From assembly GCA_027077805.1 (NCBI GenBank), contig JALWTS010000029.1, positions 3,792 through 67,791 on the forward strand: a DNA stretch of 64,000 nt, written 5' to 3'. Position 1 is the stretch's first letter; the number at the start of each line of letters is the position of its first letter. Of this stretch, positions 9,035-19,209 are shown piece by piece. The position numbers and the translations under genes were made by a program. The DNA is from Gammaproteobacteria bacterium (lineage in GTDB: Bacteria > Pseudomonadota > Gammaproteobacteria > JABHGC01). Below the pieces are notes generated by a model. The model worked only from the letters and a program-made list of their open reading frames with translations, was not told where the DNA came from and searched no databases.

Positions 9035-9826
9035 CTACTGAGCGATTTGACTAAATACTTTTTTTAGTAAATCAGTCGTTCTTGCGACAGGGTCTTGGCG
9101 AATAAGTTTTTCTTCTTGGGCGAGTTTGTAAAACAAGCCGTTTAAGGTTTGTTTGGTAACATAAGTGTCTAAATCGAAAGACTTAGGATCAACGACATCA
9201 CTCATACCCATACCCATGACATTCACGGAATTCGCTTTATCTAAAAGCTTTTTATATACGGAGGTAACACCTGTTTCTTCGGTGGTTTTTTTGACAATGG
9301 GGCGAATGGCTTTGGCTAAGTCTTTATAGGTGGTACGGCGAAAATACTGGGTGGCGGCATTATTTTTGCCTTGTAGAATTTTTTTAGCATCTTCAATACT
9401 CATGTTTTGAATGGCATTCCCAAAGATTTCAGTGGTTTTAGGCACGGCTTGTTCAGCGGCATGATTCATGGTTTCAATAAATTCATCTGCGAGTTCATCT
9501 TGTCCTAGTGTCCGTAATAATTTTTCGGCTTGTTGTAGTTTCTCCGGCATAGGAATTTTTACTTTGTCATCGTTTAAAAATCCGCCTTCTTTGCCTAACA
9601 TATCTACTGCTTTTTTACTGCCGACAACTAATGCTTCTTTTAGTCCCGCAATGACATCATCATTGGATAAGACTTGTTTTGCCGTATCAACCGCAGAATC
9701 TGATTTGAGAATTTTATCAGCACTATCACTGGCACCTTTTAACCAATCTTGCCACCCTGCAAGGCTAGTGATAGAAAATCCCAGTATAAAACTAAAGATT
9801 AAACTCGTTACTATCGGTTTTTTCAT
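9035..9826 (-). CDS. DUF4197-family exported protein
   Basis: Signal peptide; GLKEAL, VKIPMPE, MNHAAEQAV, AATQYF, EEKLIRQDPVARTTDLLKKVF. Confidence 0.85.
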   Translation of the reverse strand: MKKPIVTSLIFSFILGFSITSLAGWQDWLKGASDSADKILKSDSAVDTAKQVLSNDDVIAGLKEALVVGSKKAVDMLGKEGGFLNDDKVKIPMPEKLQQAEKLLRTLGQDELADEFIETMNHAAEQAVPKTTEIFGNAIQNMSIEDAKKILQGKNNAATQYFRRTTYKDLAKAIRPIVKKTTEETGVTSVYKKLLDKANSVNVMGMGMSDVVDPKSFDLDTYVTKQTLNGLFYKLAQEEKLIRQDPVARTTDLLKKVFSQIAQ

Positions 9827-9998
9827 TGATTATTCCTTTATTATCCCTTGAATTTGATTAAAAATAATTGAATTGATAAGGCTATTATAGCCGACATTCC
9901 GCACCCTAAAAAGATATCCATCCGAATAAAATGATTGATACTCTTTTCAACGCTTGAACGACAATATGGATCACAATAGATCACGGCAGTGATTGGTT

Positions 9999-10526
9999 TT
10001 ATTTCGGCAATGGCATCCAATCAAACAAATAAAATGGTCGAGACATTCGATGTAAATCGTGGTTAGTTGACCATAGGCCTTGATTTAAGCCATACATACC
10101 GATATTGGTTTGGCTAATTTCATGGTGAATATAATTTAAGGATTGACTCATTTGATGAATGTTATTAGAAATGGTTGGTATGGCTTTGGTGTGGTTTAAA
10201 ATGTCGCCCGCATAGAGTGATAATCGGCCTGTGTCTTGGGTAATTTTATTCATATCTTTGGCAAGGCTATCAATATCCGCCAAAATATATTGAATATCAA
10301 TATGCAAGGCACGTACATTATTTTCAATATTTTTCATACTGGTAGCGATTTCTATTGAGCTTTGGGTCATGGTTTGCATACTGGTAAGAAATTGGTGTAT
10401 TAAAGAAAAGGTATAAAGTAGGGCAGAAACAATAATAAACAAACTGATATAACGAATTTTGACATAACGATCCGTTGCCGACGCATCATGAATAATCGTT
10501 GGTTTCTCAGAAGGTTGATTAGGCAT
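9999..10526 (-). CDS. Hypothetical TM-anchored coiled-coil protein
   Basis: One TM helix followed by Met/Ile heptads; ends MSRPFYLFDWMP. Confidence 0.65.
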   Translation of the reverse strand: MPNQPSEKPTIIHDASATDRYVKIRYISLFIIVSALLYTFSLIHQFLTSMQTMTQSSIEIATSMKNIENNVRALHIDIQYILADIDSLAKDMNKITQDTGRLSLYAGDILNHTKAIPTISNNIHQMSQSLNYIHHEISQTNIGMYGLNQGLWSTNHDLHRMSRPFYLFDWMPLPK

Positions 10527-10529
10527 GAC

Positions 10530-10769
10530 TTATAATTTACCTTCCATATGATATTCCGTGAGTTCATCAAAACCACCAATCCATTCACCATCCAACAAAA
10601 ATTGTGGGACTCGGCGGGATCGATTGGTTTTTTGTAACATTTGTTTTAATGCCGATTGTGACAAATCCACTCGGATTTCTTCATAGTCCACTTGCCATTT
10701 GGTCAGCAATTTTTTGGATCTCTCACAAACAGGACAAATCCCTGTACTATAAATCGTCATTTTTGCCAT
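10530..10769 (-). CDS. Glutaredoxin
   Basis: CPVC active site, VPQ, IGGFDEL. Confidence 0.88.
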   Translation of the reverse strand: MAKMTIYSTGICPVCERSKKLLTKWQVDYEEIRVDLSQSALKQMLQKTNRSRRVPQFLLDGEWIGGFDELTEYHMEGKL

Positions 10770-10871
10770 GCGATTTCCCAGCCTATTATTCTTATTATTT
10801 TACTTTTCTTATCATAGGTTATAGCAGTTTTATGCCAAAAATGTTAAAAAATTGCAAAAACTTATCAGGTT

Positions 10872-12389
10872 TTAAGCAAAAAATTGTAAGATGGCATTTA
10901 TAACGTTATCTTGTTGTTTTTTGGTAAGATAAGGGTGCATGGGTAAACTAATGACTTGTTGTGATAGTTGTTCAGCTATTGGCAAGGTAGCGGTATTTAA
11001 GTGTTGAAATACGGGTTGTTGGTGTAGTGCAATTGGATAATGAACGGCGGTAGGAATACCTTGTTGTTGTAGATGGGTTTGTAGTGAGTCACGTTGGGGA
11101 CATTGAATGGTATATTGGGCATAAACACTGGTATTTTCTGGGGCAATATAAGGGATGGTGACGGTATTTTGTAATGCTTGGTTATAATACTCTGCTAATC
11201 GTTGGCGATTTGGAATTTCTTGTTGCACAAATAACGTCCATTTTGCTAATAAAATCCCTGCTTGTAGGGTATCAAAACGGCCATTAATGCCGAAACGATC
11301 ATGAGAATAACGTTGGCTTTGACCATGAACTCGAATGGCTTGCATTGCCTTATAGAGAGCTTCATCATTGGTAAAACAGGCACCCCCATCTCCGTAACAA
11401 CCAAAAGGTTTTGCTGGGAAGAAACTCGTACACGCAATGGTGGTTAAGCCACAAGAGGGTTTTTGATGGTAAGTCGCACCAAAGCTTTGAGCGGCATCTT
11501 CGATGACAGCTAAGTTGTGTTTTTTAGCCATATCGTTGATGACATGAAAGTCAGCACATTGACCATATAGACTCACAGCAATAATCGCTTTGGTATTGGG
11601 TGTAATGGCTTGTTCAATGGCATTGGCTTGCAGATTATAAGTATTGGCATCAATATCAATAAAGACAGGTTTTGCCCCAACGAAAGCAATGACTTCTGCG
11701 GTAGCAATAAATGAAAAACTAGTGGTGATCACTTCATCGCCTTTCCCAATATCTAAAGCCATTAATGCCATAATTAAAGCATCCGTCCCACTCGCACAGG
11801 TCAGAGCATATTCCACTTGCGTAAATGTTGCTAACTGTTGTTCGAGTTGTTGCATTTCTTTACCAAGAATATACTGACCATGTTTTAATACTTGATGGAT
11901 TTGATACTCAATTTCGGGCAAACATTGGCGTTGTTGGGTTTTAAGATCAATAAAATCAAATTGATTTGGGTGAAAGTCTGTTGGGGAAGTGAGTTGTTTT
12001 AATGCGGTGGTTGGGGTTTGGATTTTAATGTTATCCGTGGTGGATGTCATAGGATTCGCAGTAATAATGATGGCGTGAGGTAAATAGTTTAATGTTGCTT
12101 GGTATAGTAGCTGTTGGTAATAATTTTGTGGCGATTGTTGATACAGTGCCTGTTGCTCTTTTGCAGAATAAGGCAAGGTTGAAAAGAGTTGTAGTAACTG
12201 CGAAAATTTTTCATGGCTTTGAGTGGTTGGCAATATGGAACTCGCATAGGCAAGTCCTGCTGGCGGTAACCATAGTTCCTCGCCTTTGTTTTGTAGTTGG
12301 CTTAATAAGGTTTGAGTGGCAGAATAATGGTTTTTTTCTAAAACCACCTCAATTAATACATTGATATCAAAAACGAACGGCATAGTCAT
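10872..12389 (-). CDS. DegT/DnrJ/EryC1/StrS (WbpE-like) sugar aminotransferase with an N-terminal PIN-like extension
   Basis: FIDLKTQ, SGTDAL, IEDAAQSFGA and SFFPAKPFGCYGDGG motifs; extra ~140 aa starting FVFDINVLIEVV. Confidence 0.85.
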   Translation of the reverse strand: MTMPFVFDINVLIEVVLEKNHYSATQTLLSQLQNKGEELWLPPAGLAYASSILPTTQSHEKFSQLLQLFSTLPYSAKEQQALYQQSPQNYYQQLLYQATLNYLPHAIIITANPMTSTTDNIKIQTPTTALKQLTSPTDFHPNQFDFIDLKTQQRQCLPEIEYQIHQVLKHGQYILGKEMQQLEQQLATFTQVEYALTCASGTDALIMALMALDIGKGDEVITTSFSFIATAEVIAFVGAKPVFIDIDANTYNLQANAIEQAITPNTKAIIAVSLYGQCADFHVINDMAKKHNLAVIEDAAQSFGATYHQKPSCGLTTIACTSFFPAKPFGCYGDGGACFTNDEALYKAMQAIRVHGQSQRYSHDRFGINGRFDTLQAGILLAKWTLFVQQEIPNRQRLAEYYNQALQNTVTIPYIAPENTSVYAQYTIQCPQRDSLQTHLQQQGIPTAVHYPIALHQQPVFQHLNTATLPIAEQLSQQVISLPMHPYLTKKQQDNVINAILQFFA

Positions 12390-12576
12390 TCTCGCAACGA
12401 GTTAAGTTATGTTAATACTATAGACGATAAGTGGTATAACAGAAACTCATTTTGATAAATATCGAAAGGATTGCCTAATGATGGTTTTCGTCATAGTTTC
12501 GCCAAAAATTTGAAATTAAGGCTGTTTTCTTGACTGTTTTTTTTGTATAATCTAGCCTTTTTTTAAGGGTGATATT

Positions 12577-12843
12577 ATGGTTAAAATTCGTTTATCGAGA
12601 GCAGGGGCTAAAAAGCGACCTTTTTATCAAGTTGTTGTATCTGATATTCGTAGTCGTCGTGATGGTCGTTTTATTGAAAATGTCGGATTTTACAATCCAC
12701 TTGCTAAGGAGAGTGAAGAAGGTTTACGTTTAAAAACGGATAGAATTGCACATTGGTTGTCAGTCGGTGCAAAACCAACGGATACGGTGGAGAAATTAAT
12801 TAAGAATTACCAAAAACAACCGGAAAATGTTGTCGCTTCCTAA
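12577..12843 (+). CDS. rpsP: 30S ribosomal protein S16
   Basis: [17 protein letters not shown]; [15 protein letters not shown]. Confidence 0.98.
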   Translation: MVKIRLSRAGAKKRPFYQVVVSDIRSRRDGRFIENVGFYNPLAKESEEGLRLKTDRIAHWLSVGAKPTDTVEKLIKNYQKQPENVVAS

Positions 12844-13357
12844 TGCCGTTGTCGCTCCTGATGATTTGATCACGTTGGGGAGAATGGTTGGATGTCATGG
12901 TGTTCAAGGTTGGTTAAAAGTGTATTCCTATACCCAACCAAAACAAAATATTTTAAATTATCCTCAGTGGTATCTGAAACATCAACAAAAATGGTATGTT
13001 TGTCAATGGCAACAAGGGAAACTACAAGGTAAAAATCTCATTGTATTATTACCTTTTTGTCATGATCGCAATCAAGCAAGTGAATTATTACAAGCCGACA
13101 TTGCCATTTCACGACAACAATTGCCTGAGCTTAATCATGACGAATATTATTGGTCAGACTTGTTGGGATTAACTGTCGTTAATCCGCAAGGTGCGTGTTT
13201 AGGACAAGTTGATTATTTAATGGATACGGGGGCTAATGATGTTCTAGTGGTCAAAGGCGAAAAACAACATTTAGTTCCATTCGTGCTGCATACTTTTGTG
13301 CTTAAGGTTGATTTGGAAAATCGTCAAATTGTGGTTAATTGGGATAAGGATTTTTAG
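12827..13357 (+). CDS. rimM: Ribosome maturation factor RimM
   Basis: [31 protein letters not shown]; operon position. Confidence 0.95.
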   Translation: MLSLPNAVVAPDDLITLGRMVGCHGVQGWLKVYSYTQPKQNILNYPQWYLKHQQKWYVCQWQQGKLQGKNLIVLLPFCHDRNQASELLQADIAISRQQLPELNHDEYYWSDLLGLTVVNPQGACLGQVDYLMDTGANDVLVVKGEKQHLVPFVLHTFVLKVDLENRQIVVNWDKDF

Positions 13358-13376
13358 TTGATTGTGATTGATAGTC

Positions 13377-14129
13377 ATGAGAATTGATGTTTTAAGCCTG
13401 TTTCCTGAAATTATTCACCCGTATTTGCAACAAGGTGTGGTTGGGCAAGCGGTACAACATAACATATTAGACGTTATTGCTTGGAATTTGCGAGATTTCA
13501 CGGATTCTAAAACAGGGCGAGTTGATGATAGACCGTATGGTGGTGGTGCGGGGATGGTGTTACAAGTAGCGCCACTACAACGTGGGATTCAGCAAATCAA
13601 AAAAGTTAGTTTGAATCCTGTGGTCATTTATTTGAGTCCTCAAGGAAAAACCTTAGACCAAGCTGCCGTTTGTCAATTATCGCGACATTCCAATTTGTTA
13701 TTGATTGCCGGGCGTTATGAAGGTATTGATGAACGTTTGATTGAATTAGAGGTCGATCAAGAATGGTCCATTGGCGATTATGTATTAAGTGGGGGGGAAC
13801 TGCCTGCATTGGTGATGATTGATGCGATTGCCCGATTATTACCTGGCGTTTTAGGGGATTCAGAGTCTGCAAAACAGGATTCCTATATGAATGGATTATT
13901 GGACTATCCTCATTATACTCGACCTCGTACGATTGCTGGTTTATCAGTGCCAGAGGTATTATTAAACGGTCATCATCAGCAAATTATGCAATGGCGATGG
14001 CAACAGGCTTTAGGTCGTACATGGTTGAGACGACCTGATTTATTCGTGCAAAGAGTGTTAGAACCGATGGAGCAACAGTTATTAGAGGAATTTAAACGCC
14101 AATACAAACACAAAACAAACTCAATTTAA
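13377..14129 (+). CDS. trmD: tRNA (guanine-N1)-methyltransferase
   Basis: DDRPYGGGAGM, GRYEGIDER, SIGDYVLSGGE, PHYTRP; ATG at 13377 preferred over upstream TTG. Confidence 0.97.
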   Translation: MRIDVLSLFPEIIHPYLQQGVVGQAVQHNILDVIAWNLRDFTDSKTGRVDDRPYGGGAGMVLQVAPLQRGIQQIKKVSLNPVVIYLSPQGKTLDQAAVCQLSRHSNLLLIAGRYEGIDERLIELEVDQEWSIGDYVLSGGELPALVMIDAIARLLPGVLGDSESAKQDSYMNGLLDYPHYTRPRTIAGLSVPEVLLNGHHQQIMQWRWQQALGRTWLRRPDLFVQRVLEPMEQQLLEEFKRQYKHKTNSI

Positions 14130-14182
14130 ATTCCTAAAAATATTAAACCATTTTTTATAATATAAAACTATAGGAGAAAGTT

Positions 14183-14527
14183 ATGAATCAAATTATTCAA
14201 GCACTGGAAGCCGAACAAATGACTCGGGATATTCCTGAGTTTTCCCCGGGGGATACTGTTGTGGTTCAAGTCAAAGTAAAAGAGGGTAATCGCCAACGAT
14301 TACAAGCATTTGAAGGTTTTGTGATTGCAAAACGTAATCGAGGTTTGCATTCTTCCTTTACGGTACGCAAAATTTCGCATGGCGAAGGGGTAGAGCGGGT
14401 TTTTCAAACTTATAGTCCTTTAATTGAATCTATCAAGGTGAAACGTCGTGGTGATGTGCGTCGTGCTAAACTGTATTACTTACGCAATTTGCGTGGTAAA
14501 GCGGCGAGAATTAAGGAAAAATTATAA
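14183..14527 (+). CDS. rplS: 50S ribosomal protein L19
   Basis: [25 protein letters not shown]. Confidence 0.98.
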   Translation: MNQIIQALEAEQMTRDIPEFSPGDTVVVQVKVKEGNRQRLQAFEGFVIAKRNRGLHSSFTVRKISHGEGVERVFQTYSPLIESIKVKRRGDVRRAKLYYLRNLRGKAARIKEKL

Positions 14528-14537
14528 GTTAACTATT

Positions 14538-14565
14538 AAAAACCTTTGGTAAAGCAAAGGTTTTT
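14538..14565 (+). terminator. Intrinsic terminator after rplS
   Basis: AAAAACCTTTG-GTAAAG-CAAAGGTTTTT. Confidence 0.7.
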
Positions 14566-14593
14566 GGTTGGATATAAAGTGAGTAACTCAATC

Positions 14594-15076
14594 ATGCCTT
14601 CCTTTGATATTGTATCTGAAGTGGATTGACAAGAAGTTAAGAATGCCCAAGATCAGGCGAATCGGGAAATTAAACAGCGGTTTGATTTTCGTGGTTCAAA
14701 TGCTTATTTAGAACAAAATGAGAATAATATTGTCTTACATGCTGAAAATGAGTTTCAATTGCAACAAATGATGGATATTTTTGAAAAAAAATTGATTAAA
14801 CGTTCCATTGATATTGCTTGTTTGGATGCGAAATCGCCTGAAATTAGCGGTTCGTCAGCACGTCAAACTGTGGTAATAAAACAGGGTATTGAGACTGATA
14901 CGGCGAAGAAAATGGTAAAGGCAATCAAGTCAGGTAAATTAAAAGTACAGGCAAGTATTCAAGAACAACAAGTTCGGGTCAATGGTAAAAAACGTGATGA
15001 TTTGCAACAGGTCATCGCTTTAATCAAAAATACCAATGTTGGGTTGCCATTACAATTTATTAACTTTAGGGACTAA
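14594..15076 (+). pseudogene. yajQ: YajQ-family (c-di-GMP/nucleotide-binding) gene with an in-frame TGA at codon 12
   Basis: ATG 14594 reads [34 protein letters not shown], in frame with ORF 14759-15076 (GKKRDDLQ...LPLQFINFRD); TGA at 14627-14629. Confidence 0.85.
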
Positions 15077-15088
15077 CAAAGGATCATT

Positions 15089-15844
15089 ATGAGGATGAAT
15101 AAAGCGATAGTATGTTGGATTTTGTTATGGTTGAGTGTTGGATTATATGCGGCAAGTGCGGAAAATACCGATGCTCAAACAAAATCTAAATCTGATGACG
15201 CTTCACAGATTAAAGCAAGATTGACGGCAGCAGGATTGGTTCCTGACAAAATTTCAGTCACCGTTATTCCGGGTGTTTATGAAGTCGTCTATGGTGCTTC
15301 GATTATTTATATGAGTCAGGATGGACGATATTTAATCAAAGGCGAGATGATTGATATGCTTAGTGGAACCAATCTAACAAAAACCGCTTTAAACTCAAGT
15401 CGTCAATCGGTAATAAAGAATCTTCCAGAAGATAGTATGGTTATTTATCCCGCAAAAAATGAAAAGCATGTACTGACTGTATTTACTGATATTAACTGTG
15501 GTTATTGTCGTAAACTGCATTCAGGCATGGATAGAATGAATCAGCTAGGAATTACCGTACGTTATTTATTTTATCCACGCACAGGATTAAATACGCCTTC
15601 CTATGAGAAAGCTGTGTCAGTTTGGTGTTCGGATGACAGAAATAAGGCATTGACTTTAGCGAAACAGGGACGACCTATCCCACATAAAACCTGTGATAAT
15701 CCAGTGAGTAAGCATTTTCAGTTAGGGAATGAAATGGGCATTAGAGGAACGCCTGCCTTGATTTTTGCCGATGGGACTTTGTTACCTGGTTATTTACCGC
15801 CGGAAGAACTGTTAAAAGCACTGGATAGAAGTCATGAGTGGTGA
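15089..15844 (+). CDS. dsbC: Thiol:disulfide isomerase DsbC
   Basis: Signal peptide; VFTDINCGYCRKLH; GTPA. Confidence 0.93.
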   Translation: MRMNKAIVCWILLWLSVGLYAASAENTDAQTKSKSDDASQIKARLTAAGLVPDKISVTVIPGVYEVVYGASIIYMSQDGRYLIKGEMIDMLSGTNLTKTALNSSRQSVIKNLPEDSMVIYPAKNEKHVLTVFTDINCGYCRKLHSGMDRMNQLGITVRYLFYPRTGLNTPSYEKAVSVWCSDDRNKALTLAKQGRPIPHKTCDNPVSKHFQLGNEMGIRGTPALIFADGTLLPGYLPPEELLKALDRSHEW

Positions 15845-15944
15845 TGAAAAGTTTCGTTGCTTCCGAAATGGAAATGGCAGGCTATGTGTTGTCGCTTACT
15901 CAGGGGAGTTTGAGAGCAAGTAGCGGTTGATTACAGTTGCTGTA

Positions 15945-16940
15945 TTAATCCGTTGCATTAAAGAGAAATACTGTTTGCGAAACGGAGGCACGGAAGTCAT
16001 CTTGAATGGCTGCCATATCAATTTCACCTGTTGATGTGAGCGGGAATTCTTCTAGCAGGATATAGTGATTGGGAATCATTGATTCAGGTAGGTATTGGGA
16101 CAAATAATGACGCAGTTGGGAAACCGTATGCATATTGATAAAATAATTCTTTTGCTTGGTGATTTCAGTGACACATTGGGCTAATTTTGCTGTTTGGCTA
16201 GAGTTTGCCATAAACGCCACACCGATTTCACTCTTTCGACACCAAGCAATGGTTCCTCTGAGTGGTAATATATCTTGACTATTAGGAACCGTAAACTCAA
16301 TATTAACAATATCACCTGCTTGCCAATTGGATGGACAGTTTTGTAGGTGAATACCCCCACAGGAAAAGTCTTGGATTGTGACGGTGTGCTTATCTGTTTC
16401 ATTCTCGTGAGTGAGACGACAAGTATTGTTGTAGGGAACTCGAAAATCTTTTCGATGCTTATCTAACGCAAGAAATCGACCGACTTGTGCGGTTGAAAAC
16501 CATTCATTTTGGCTAATACTGTGAATGCTACGTTTTAAGATATTTTCATATTCGCCTTCTTGAAATTGCAGACCAATTTTATCTTGCGATATCCATGATA
16601 CTTTTGCTGATAGTGTGACGCCTTCTAACAGTGGTAACGACATTTTTAATGCCACTTTTTCATGCATGGTAAATTTTTCGGGATGATTAATAGAGATACA
16701 GGCGCCTTGTTTTGAGATGTCATAAGTTGTCGTGGTTTCTTTATAGTCATGACAACGAATAAAACAATCAATATTGATCAATAAGCGATCAATTTCTAAC
16801 AGTGAAGTAAAATAAGCCATAAGTAATGGCTTATCGGTAAGATTGGGTTTTTCAATCACTACGGAGTCTTTGATGCTAGGGTGTGAATTAAGTGCCGAAG
16901 TGATTTGTTCCGTATCGATGTTGGAATTTTGATGAGACAT
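15945..16940 (-). CDS. Adenylation C-subdomain (AMP-binding_C-like) interrupted by tandem PilZ domains
   Basis: N-terminal IDTEQITSALNSHPSIKDSVV...LLMAYF; PilZ motifs DISKQG and RKDFR...DFSCGG; C-terminal LRHYLSQYLPESMIPNHYILLEEFPLTSTGEID. Confidence 0.8.
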   Translation of the reverse strand: MSHQNSNIDTEQITSALNSHPSIKDSVVIEKPNLTDKPLLMAYFTSLLEIDRLLINIDCFIRCHDYKETTTTYDISKQGACISINHPEKFTMHEKVALKMSLPLLEGVTLSAKVSWISQDKIGLQFQEGEYENILKRSIHSISQNEWFSTAQVGRFLALDKHRKDFRVPYNNTCRLTHENETDKHTVTIQDFSCGGIHLQNCPSNWQAGDIVNIEFTVPNSQDILPLRGTIAWCRKSEIGVAFMANSSQTAKLAQCVTEITKQKNYFINMHTVSQLRHYLSQYLPESMIPNHYILLEEFPLTSTGEIDMAAIQDDFRASVSQTVFLFNATD

Positions 16941-16942
16941 AG

Positions 16943-17266
16943 TTAACGTTCTAAATATTTTAGTTTTTCTTTAACGCCATTCCACTGATCTGCCTCATCG
17001 GGAGGTGCCTGCATTTCAGTAATCACTGGCCATTTTTGTGCGAGTTCGGCATTAATTTCCAGAAATTGCTGTTGATCGTCAGGTAGGTCATTATCTGAAA
17101 AAATTGCTTCCGCAGGGCATTCTGGTTCACATAGGGTACAATCAATACATTCTTCTGGATCAATGACCAGAAAATTTGGTCCTTCATGAAAACAATCCAC
17201 TGGACAAACTTCTACGCAATCGGTGTATTTACATTTTATGCAATTTTCTACTACAACAAATGTCAT
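16943..17266 (-). CDS. fdxA: 7Fe ferredoxin FdxA
   Basis: [26 protein letters not shown]...[12 protein letters not shown]. Confidence 0.95.
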   Translation of the reverse strand: MTFVVVENCIKCKYTDCVEVCPVDCFHEGPNFLVIDPEECIDCTLCEPECPAEAIFSDNDLPDDQQQFLEINAELAQKWPVITEMQAPPDEADQWNGVKEKLKYLER

Positions 17267-17299
17267 TTCGTTCCCTTTTTAAGTTTTTGCCTCTCAAAA

Positions 17300-17590
17300 T
17301 TAAGTCGTTGAAGTTTTTAGTGTCATACTCCTGTCCGCAGGCAATGGAATATTTACCTCTAAGATATGTTTATCGTTTTTGGTATCCATTTGTACTTCAA
17401 CTTGCTCTTGTTCTTCACTGATATTAATATATTTTCTTACCGCTTCTAAGATGTCTTTTTGTAAGGCAGGTAGATAATCAGGCATTTTACTTCTGTCTGA
17501 TCTTCTACGCTCTTCTATAATAATGGTTAAACGATTTTTTGCAATTTCTGCTGGTTTCGGTTCTTTTTTACGCCAAAATAAGAGTTCCAT
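17300..17590 (-). CDS. minE: Cell division topological specificity factor MinE
   Basis: AEIAKNRLTIII, YLPALQKDILEAVRKY, LEVNIPLP. Confidence 0.93.
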   Translation of the reverse strand: MELLFWRKKEPKPAEIAKNRLTIIIEERRRSDRSKMPDYLPALQKDILEAVRKYINISEEQEQVEVQMDTKNDKHILEVNIPLPADRSMTLKTSTT

Positions 17591-17592
17591 AA

Positions 17593-18411
17593 CTAATTCC
17601 CCGCAAATAAACGACTGAACAAACTTTTGGGTGGTGGATCAATAAAACGATGAGGACATTCCCCCCCCAATAAACGTGTGATCGTATCACGATAGGCTTG
17701 TGCCGGGGGACTGGTTTCATCGTGTAAAATAATCGGTGTTCCAAGGCTAGACGATTTTAAAATATCTCTTGATTCGGGAATCACACCAATCGTTGGTATT
17801 GCTAAAATGTCATCAATATCACTCATAGATAACATTTCACCTTCTTCCACTCTCGAAGGATTATAGCGTGTAATTAATAAGTTTTGACGAATTGGCTCTA
17901 AATTTTCTTCCGCACGTTTCGATTTTGAATCTAAAATACCTAACATTCTATCCGAATCTCTTACCGATGAGATTTCAGGGTTAGTGACGACAATGGCTTC
18001 ATCGGCAAAATACATGGCTAAATAAGCACCACTTTCGATACCTGCGGGTGAATCACAAATAATATATTCAAAATCTTGTTGTTTGAGCTGGGAAAGAATC
18101 GATTCGACTCCTTCTTTAACTAAATGATCTTTATCTCGGGTTTGTGATGCGGCTAAGATGTAGAGATTTGACAAGCGTTTGTCTTTGATCAATGCTTGGT
18201 GAAGTTTTGCTTCGCCATGGATAACATTGATAAGATCAAATACCACTCTGCCTTCGCAACCCATAATCACATCTAAGTTACGCAAACCAACGTCAAAATC
18301 AATGACAGCCGTTTTATGGCCTTCTAGTGCTAATCCTGCGGCGATATTGGCACTAGTCGTCGTTTTTCCTACGCCACCTTTCCCTGATGTTACGACAATA
18401 ATTTTAGTCAC
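17593..18411 (-). CDS. minD: Septum site-determining ATPase MinD
   Basis: TSGKGGVGKTT, DFDVGLRNLD, DSPAGIE, C-terminal amphipathic LFSRLF; GTG start at 18411 with GGAGG RBS. Confidence 0.96.
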   Translation of the reverse strand: MTKIIVVTSGKGGVGKTTTSANIAAGLALEGHKTAVIDFDVGLRNLDVIMGCEGRVVFDLINVIHGEAKLHQALIKDKRLSNLYILAASQTRDKDHLVKEGVESILSQLKQQDFEYIICDSPAGIESGAYLAMYFADEAIVVTNPEISSVRDSDRMLGILDSKSKRAEENLEPIRQNLLITRYNPSRVEEGEMLSMSDIDDILAIPTIGVIPESRDILKSSSLGTPIILHDETSPPAQAYRDTITRLLGGECPHRFIDPPPKSLFSRLFAGN

Positions 18412-18480
18412 GGTTTCCTCCTCCAAAAAAACTCTCACCATTAATTTCAAATTGATAGCTTATGATTTTGTTGTGTACCC

Positions 18481-19209
18481 TTAAGCATTGGTTTCTTGTA
18501 ATGGTTCAATAATCAGTTTATCCTTCCTTAAATAAATTTGTATTGGCTTGTTTTTATACGCTTTTATTTCCTGCATAATTTCATCTTTCGGTTTGTAAAT
18601 GCCTGCGATTGAAATAAGCTGTGCTTCGAGTGATTGACAAAAAATTCTTGCATGGGTGTTCCCATTGGCACCTGCTGCGGCACGGCCTTTTAACGTGCCA
18701 TAAATATGGATATCATGATCGGCAATCACTTCCGCCCCTTCATTGACGGATTTCAATGCAATAATATCGCCGTTTTTAGCATAAATTTGTTGCCCTGAGC
18801 GAATCGCATGAGGCGTAATTTTTGTGGTTGGTTCTGAGGATGGTGTTTTGTTTGATTCTTTATTAGCAGGTAGAGTTTGCTTATCGGGAGGAGGCGAAAG
18901 TTTTTCTTTGTTAAAGATGGCAATCTTGAGTAATTGAGTAATTTCTTTTTGTTCTTTCGTTGGATCCGGTAAGACAATCCCGACAGGATAAATCTGGTAG
19001 GTTTGTAGTAGATTGACCAATGAGACTAACCAATTCTTGAGTTCCAAAACCGAGTTTTGTGGAGAAATGACAACCGGTGCGGACTGGAAAAATTGTTTCG
19101 ATTGTGTTAGCATTTTTTCCAAGTCTAATTCAATTTGTTGTAAATCTTGGTCAAAAATTTGCAAGATCATTAAGGTAAAGGTTGAACCTTTAAATTTAAT
19201 GGCATCCAC
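18481..19209 (-). CDS. minC: Septum site-determining protein MinC
   Basis: IRSGQQIYA, GAEVIAD, IHIYGTLKGRAAAG, ISIAGIY. Confidence 0.93.
   Translation of the reverse strand: MDAIKFKGSTFTLMILQIFDQDLQQIELDLEKMLTQSKQFFQSAPVVISPQNSVLELKNWLVSLVNLLQTYQIYPVGIVLPDPTKEQKEITQLLKIAIFNKEKLSPPPDKQTLPANKESNKTPSSEPTTKITPHAIRSGQQIYAKNGDIIALKSVNEGAEVIADHDIHIYGTLKGRAAAGANGNTHARIFCQSLEAQLISIAGIYKPKDEIMQEIKAYKNKPIQIYLRKDKLIIEPLQETNA

Noticed and set aside
12530-12551. TTGACT...TATAAT promoter for rpsP with a phase-variable T8 tract
   Set aside because: The spacer is only 10 bp, too short for slippage to correct; only the -10 is credible.
14627-14629. Selenocysteine or genome-wide TGA recoding
   Set aside because: Not a Cys-equivalent position, no convincing SECIS, and TGA terminates other genes at their expected ends.
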